From the NCBI GenBank assembly GCA_918797485.1, contig CAKKNE010000002.1:4898001-4962000 (forward strand): 64,000 nucleotides of DNA. The letters run 5' to 3'. Source of the DNA: Pelagomonas calceolata (lineage: Eukaryota). This document shows, piece after piece, positions 60,728 through 64,000 of the stretch. The position numbers and the translations under genes were made by a program. Position 1 is the stretch's first letter, and each line of letters starts with the position of its first letter. Under the pieces are notes generated by a model. The model ran no database searches, was not told where the DNA came from, and saw only the letters and a list, made by a program, of their open reading frames with translations.

Positions 60728-61810
60728 ATGCCCAAGATCTGCGACCTGATAGCCGAGAAGGCGAAAGCGGGCGAGGACTGGGTCTCCTACGAGTTCTTCC
60801 CGCCGCGCACCGAGCAGGGCGTCAAGAACCTGGTGGCCCGGTTCGAGCGCATGAAAAACGCGCGCCAGCCTCTGTTCTGCGACATGACCTGGGGCGCCGG
60901 CGGCTCCACTTCTGAGTTAACGATGGACCTCACCCTAAAAATGAAGGCCATGGGCCTCGAGCCGAACATGCACCTGACGTGCACGAACGTCGAGCGCAAG
61001 GACGTCATCAAAGCTCTACAAACTTGTAAAGATAACGACGTCCGGAACATCGTTGCGTTGAGGGGTGACCCCCCCCACGGCCAGGAGAAGTGGGAGGCGA
61101 CGGAGGGCGGGTTTGAATGCGCTCTCGACTTAGTGAAGTTCATCCGGAGGGAGCACGGGGACTATTTTTGTTTGAGCGTCGCGGGCTACCCCGAGGGCCA
61201 CCCGGACACGATCGTTCACGTGGGTGATGACGAAACGAAACTCAGCGCTTCGGAGAGGACTCGCTGCAGGGTCACGGACGAAGACGGCCAGAGGAAAGTC
61301 TACGTCTGCCCCGACGCGACGTTCAAGCTGGAAATGGATTATCTGAAGAAGAAGGTCGACGCCGGCGCCGACGCGATCATCACGCAGATGTTCTTCGACG
61401 CGAACACGTATGGGGCCTTCCTCAAAGCTTGTCGCAAGCATGGTATTAACGTACCGGTCATTCCCGGTATTATGTTGGTGCAAGCTGCTGGAGGTTTTAG
61501 AAAAATGACGGCCATGTGCAAGACGCGCGTGCCGGCGGCGGTCAAGGAGAGTGTGGATGCCAAAGCCGATAATGATGTTGCTTTGAAGGCCTACGGCGTG
61601 GACTTGGGGGTGCAGATCTCTCATGAACTACTTGCTGTCGGCGCGCCGGGGCTCCACTTCTACACGCTGAACCTGGACAAGACGACCTTAGCTATTGCCA
61701 AGAGGGTCGCGGACGACCGCGCGTCGTCGAGAACAGCGAGAGACTGGCTCAAGGCCGCGGCGCTCGCGGCCGGCGCGGCTGTGTTGGTTGCGCTGCTCCG
61801 GCGCAAGTGA
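60728..61810 (+). CDS. MTHFR: Methylenetetrahydrofolate reductase, catalytic domain only, with a hydrophobic C-terminal tail
   Basis: SYEFFPP, TWGAGG, MHLTC, ALRGDPP, AGYPEGH, ITQMFFD and GLHFYTLN. Confidence 0.93.
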   Translation: MPKICDLIAEKAKAGEDWVSYEFFPPRTEQGVKNLVARFERMKNARQPLFCDMTWGAGGSTSELTMDLTLKMKAMGLEPNMHLTCTNVERKDVIKALQTCKDNDVRNIVALRGDPPHGQEKWEATEGGFECALDLVKFIRREHGDYFCLSVAGYPEGHPDTIVHVGDDETKLSASERTRCRVTDEDGQRKVYVCPDATFKLEMDYLKKKVDAGADAIITQMFFDANTYGAFLKACRKHGINVPVIPGIMLVQAAGGFRKMTAMCKTRVPAAVKESVDAKADNDVALKAYGVDLGVQISHELLAVGAPGLHFYTLNLDKTTLAIAKRVADDRASSRTARDWLKAAALAAGAAVLVALLRRK

Positions 61811-61877
61811 GGGGTGGGGTGGCCGCCGCGCCGCCAGGCTTCGGCGCCGCGCCGGCCGAGTAATCACTAGTACTCTA

Positions 61878-63431
61878 TTAGTTCGAGACCGAAAGGACGG
61901 TGGAGTGGGTCACGACCTCTCCGAGGATGGGCGGCGCCGCGTCAGCGTCTGGCGCTTGGACCGCTTCGACCGTGCCCATGGGGAGCACGCTCGTCGTCCG
62001 GAGGATTGGCGGCGTCACAACCTCGGGGGCTGTGGGGGATGTTTTTACCGACGGTCGGGATTTGCGCATTCTCCAAAGGCATAGGAAGCAAGCGACGCAA
62101 AAGATGAGACTGGTGATGGAGATGAGAGCAATCTGCCAGGGGGCGAGTTCATCGTCGACTTGCTTTGTGGGCTGGGCGGTCGGCTGGGCAGTCGTCGGCT
62201 GAGAAGTCGGCGCGTTTGCATCGAAGGCGTAGGCCGATCCCGAGGCGGAGCCGCCGTCGTCGTCGCCGCTGGCTCCGACCATGACGGTGCCGCCGTCGAT
62301 CGCCACGGAGACGCCGAATTTATCGCTCGCCGCGGCATCACTTGCAGTCAGCTTGGCCACCTGGCCGTACGAGGCGCTGTCGGTCGTGCGGAAGACGTAG
62401 GCCGAACCCGAGTTGGAGCCGCCGTAATCATCCAAGTAAGCTCCAATCACGACGGTGTCGCCGTCGATGGCCACGGAGACACCAAAGTTGTCGGCACAAC
62501 AGGTGTCGGCGGCCGTCAGCTTGGCCACCTCGTCATATGTGGCGCCGTCGCTCGTGCGGAATAGGTAGACCGCGCCACCTGTGCCGTACGTGCCAGCCCC
62601 GATCGCGATGAGGCCACCACTGATCGCCACAGCGCGGCCGAAGTCCGCCGCCGCATCAGCGGTTATTAGCTTGGCGACCTGATTGTACGTGGCGCCCCCG
62701 TCGGTCGTACGGAAGACGTAGACCGAGCCCTTGTTTGAGCCGCCGTCGTCGTCGTATCGGGCCCCAACCACGACGGTGCCGGTGTCGATCGCCACGCAGC
62801 CGCCAAATTTGTCGCCCGTCGCGGCGTCGGAGGCCCTTAGCTTAGCCAACTGGCCATAAGTGGCGCCACCGTCGGTCGTGCGGAAGACGTAGGCCGAGCC
62901 CGAGTTCCAGCCGCCGTCGTCGTCGTAGTAGGCTCCAATCACGATGGTGTCTCCGTCGATCGCCACTGAGATACCGAAGTTGTCGCGCGCCGCGGCGTCG
63001 GCGGCCGTCAGCTTGGCCACCTGGCCGTAGGTGGCGCCGCCGTCGCTCGTGCGGAAGACGTAGGCCGAGCCCTTGTGGGAACAGCTATAGCAGCCAGGAG
63101 CCCCCACCACGACGGTGTCTCCGTCGATCGCCACGGAGTAGCCGAAGCGGTCCCCCGCAGCGCCGTCGGAGGCCGTCAGCTTGGCCACCTGGCCGTACGT
63201 GGCGCCGCCGTCGGTCGTGCGCAAGACGTAGACCGCTCCATAGCCCCACGGTGCGTAGGCCCCGACCACGACGGTGTCTCCGTCGATCGCCACGGAGCTA
63301 CCGAAGCCGTCGCCCGCAGCGGCATCGGAAGCCGTCAGCTTGGCCACCTCCATGTAGTTAAAAGCTGCCAGCCGCCGCCGATCCGCGGGCGCCTCCACGA
63401 GGCAGCACAGCAGGAGAGCGCTGCGCAGCAT
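61878..63431 (-). CDS. Cell-surface FG-GAP repeat beta-propeller protein (type I membrane)
   Basis: Signal peptide; about 7 repeats of KLTASDAAAGDxFGxSVAIDGDTVVVGA...GSAYVFRTTDGGATY; a QPT stalk, a TM segment and a cytosolic tail. Confidence 0.9.
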   Translation of the reverse strand: MLRSALLLCCLVEAPADRRRLAAFNYMEVAKLTASDAAAGDGFGSSVAIDGDTVVVGAYAPWGYGAVYVLRTTDGGATYGQVAKLTASDGAAGDRFGYSVAIDGDTVVVGAPGCYSCSHKGSAYVFRTSDGGATYGQVAKLTAADAAARDNFGISVAIDGDTIVIGAYYDDDGGWNSGSAYVFRTTDGGATYGQLAKLRASDAATGDKFGGCVAIDTGTVVVGARYDDDGGSNKGSVYVFRTTDGGATYNQVAKLITADAAADFGRAVAISGGLIAIGAGTYGTGGAVYLFRTSDGATYDEVAKLTAADTCCADNFGVSVAIDGDTVVIGAYLDDYGGSNSGSAYVFRTTDSASYGQVAKLTASDAAASDKFGVSVAIDGGTVMVGASGDDDGGSASGSAYAFDANAPTSQPTTAQPTAQPTKQVDDELAPWQIALISITSLIFCVACFLCLWRMRKSRPSVKTSPTAPEVVTPPILRTTSVLPMGTVEAVQAPDADAAPPILGEVVTHSTVLSVSN

Positions 63432-63559
63432 TAGTGGTTGGCTGCCCCGAGCTGCCCCCGCGATTTGATCACCTACGGCGCTCTGTCGATCCGGCGCCGC
63501 TGCACATCCAAATCATCTTGCTAGAGTCGCCGCAACAAGTCATCAATAAGGAACAAACC

Positions 63560-64000
63560 TTACCCCGACGACGAGTCCGCCCGCGGCCGGCAGAAGCAGC
63601 CCGTATTTACCGAACCGCCCGCGAGCGGCGCGCACTGCTTCGCGAGGGCCCTCCCCAAGTCCTTGCCGCCGTCGCGGGACCGCACGTCGTAGGCGAAGGG
63701 CTCGGCGCCGAAGTTCACCTCGACGGCGTCGCCGTGGTCGAGGCCGACGCACGGGTACAACGGTTCGTCGAGGTCTTTTTGTTGTAAAGGGATGCCGCCG
63801 ACGCTCACGCCGTTGCGCGTGAAGAAGACCTCCCTACGGCCCCGGTCGACGCCGCATCCCACCACATCGCCTCGGCCGAAGGTGTCGCCCCTTGCCACAG
63901 CAGCACCGTCGCCGTGGAACCGGCCCCCGTCGTCGCCGTGATACCCCCAGGACTCGGCGTCCCAGCCCGGCATTAACCGCCCGGCATCAAAACCAGCTCT
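63560..64000 (-). CDS. SPRY-domain protein (RanBP9/10-like), 5' end outside the window
   Basis: MPGWDAESWGYHGDDG...FGRGDVVGCG...FFTRNG...LYPCVGL...VNFGAEPFAYD. Confidence 0.88.
   Translation of the reverse strand, partial: RAGFDAGRLMPGWDAESWGYHGDDGGRFHGDGAAVARGDTFGRGDVVGCGVDRGRREVFFTRNGVSVGGIPLQQKDLDEPLYPCVGLDHGDAVEVNFGAEPFAYDVRSRDGGKDLGRALAKQCAPLAGGSVNTGCFCRPRADSSSG

Noticed and set aside
25085..61810. SHMT + MTHFR as a folate gene cluster
   Set aside because: They are about 34 kb apart with many unrelated genes in between.
1..64000. rRNA, tRNA or transposase genes
   Set aside because: None recognised by eye; tRNAscan-SE, Infernal and HMM searches would be needed to exclude them.

Overview
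Eukaryotic, GC-rich and very gene-dense nuclear DNA. Its style points to a pelagophyte alga (Pelagomonas/Aureococcus-like): stramenopile bipartite plastid presequences, introner-type introns, and MYND-RING-TPR and FG-GAP family genes. That taxonomic call is an inference. About 40 protein genes are supported, mostly in head-to-head and tail-to-tail pairs. They include FtsH, SHMT, MGDG synthase, UAP56, DDX47, ALG5, COG1, a two-pore channel, MTHFR, mTERF and a spliced NF-YB gene absent from the ORF track. Six introns were reconstructed by hand. No rRNA, tRNA or CRISPR array was recognised. Highlights: (1) a bacterial-defence-type DUF262 + HNH (GmrSD-like) nuclease with an apparent plastid-targeting presequence, next to an mTERF gene; (2) a conserved CTAG-N13-15-CTAG motif (consensus TTSCTAGTGYCTTACW-n-CGCTAGC) found 12 times, nearly always upstream of genes and never in tail-to-tail gaps; (3) two introner elements with terminal inverted repeats (TIRs) and 8-bp target-site duplications (TSDs) in the two-pore channel gene, plus related sequences outside introns; (4) a homing-endonuclease-like HNH ORF joined across an A9 tract to a Cys-rich ORF. 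All domain calls come from motif recognition by eye; no searches were run.
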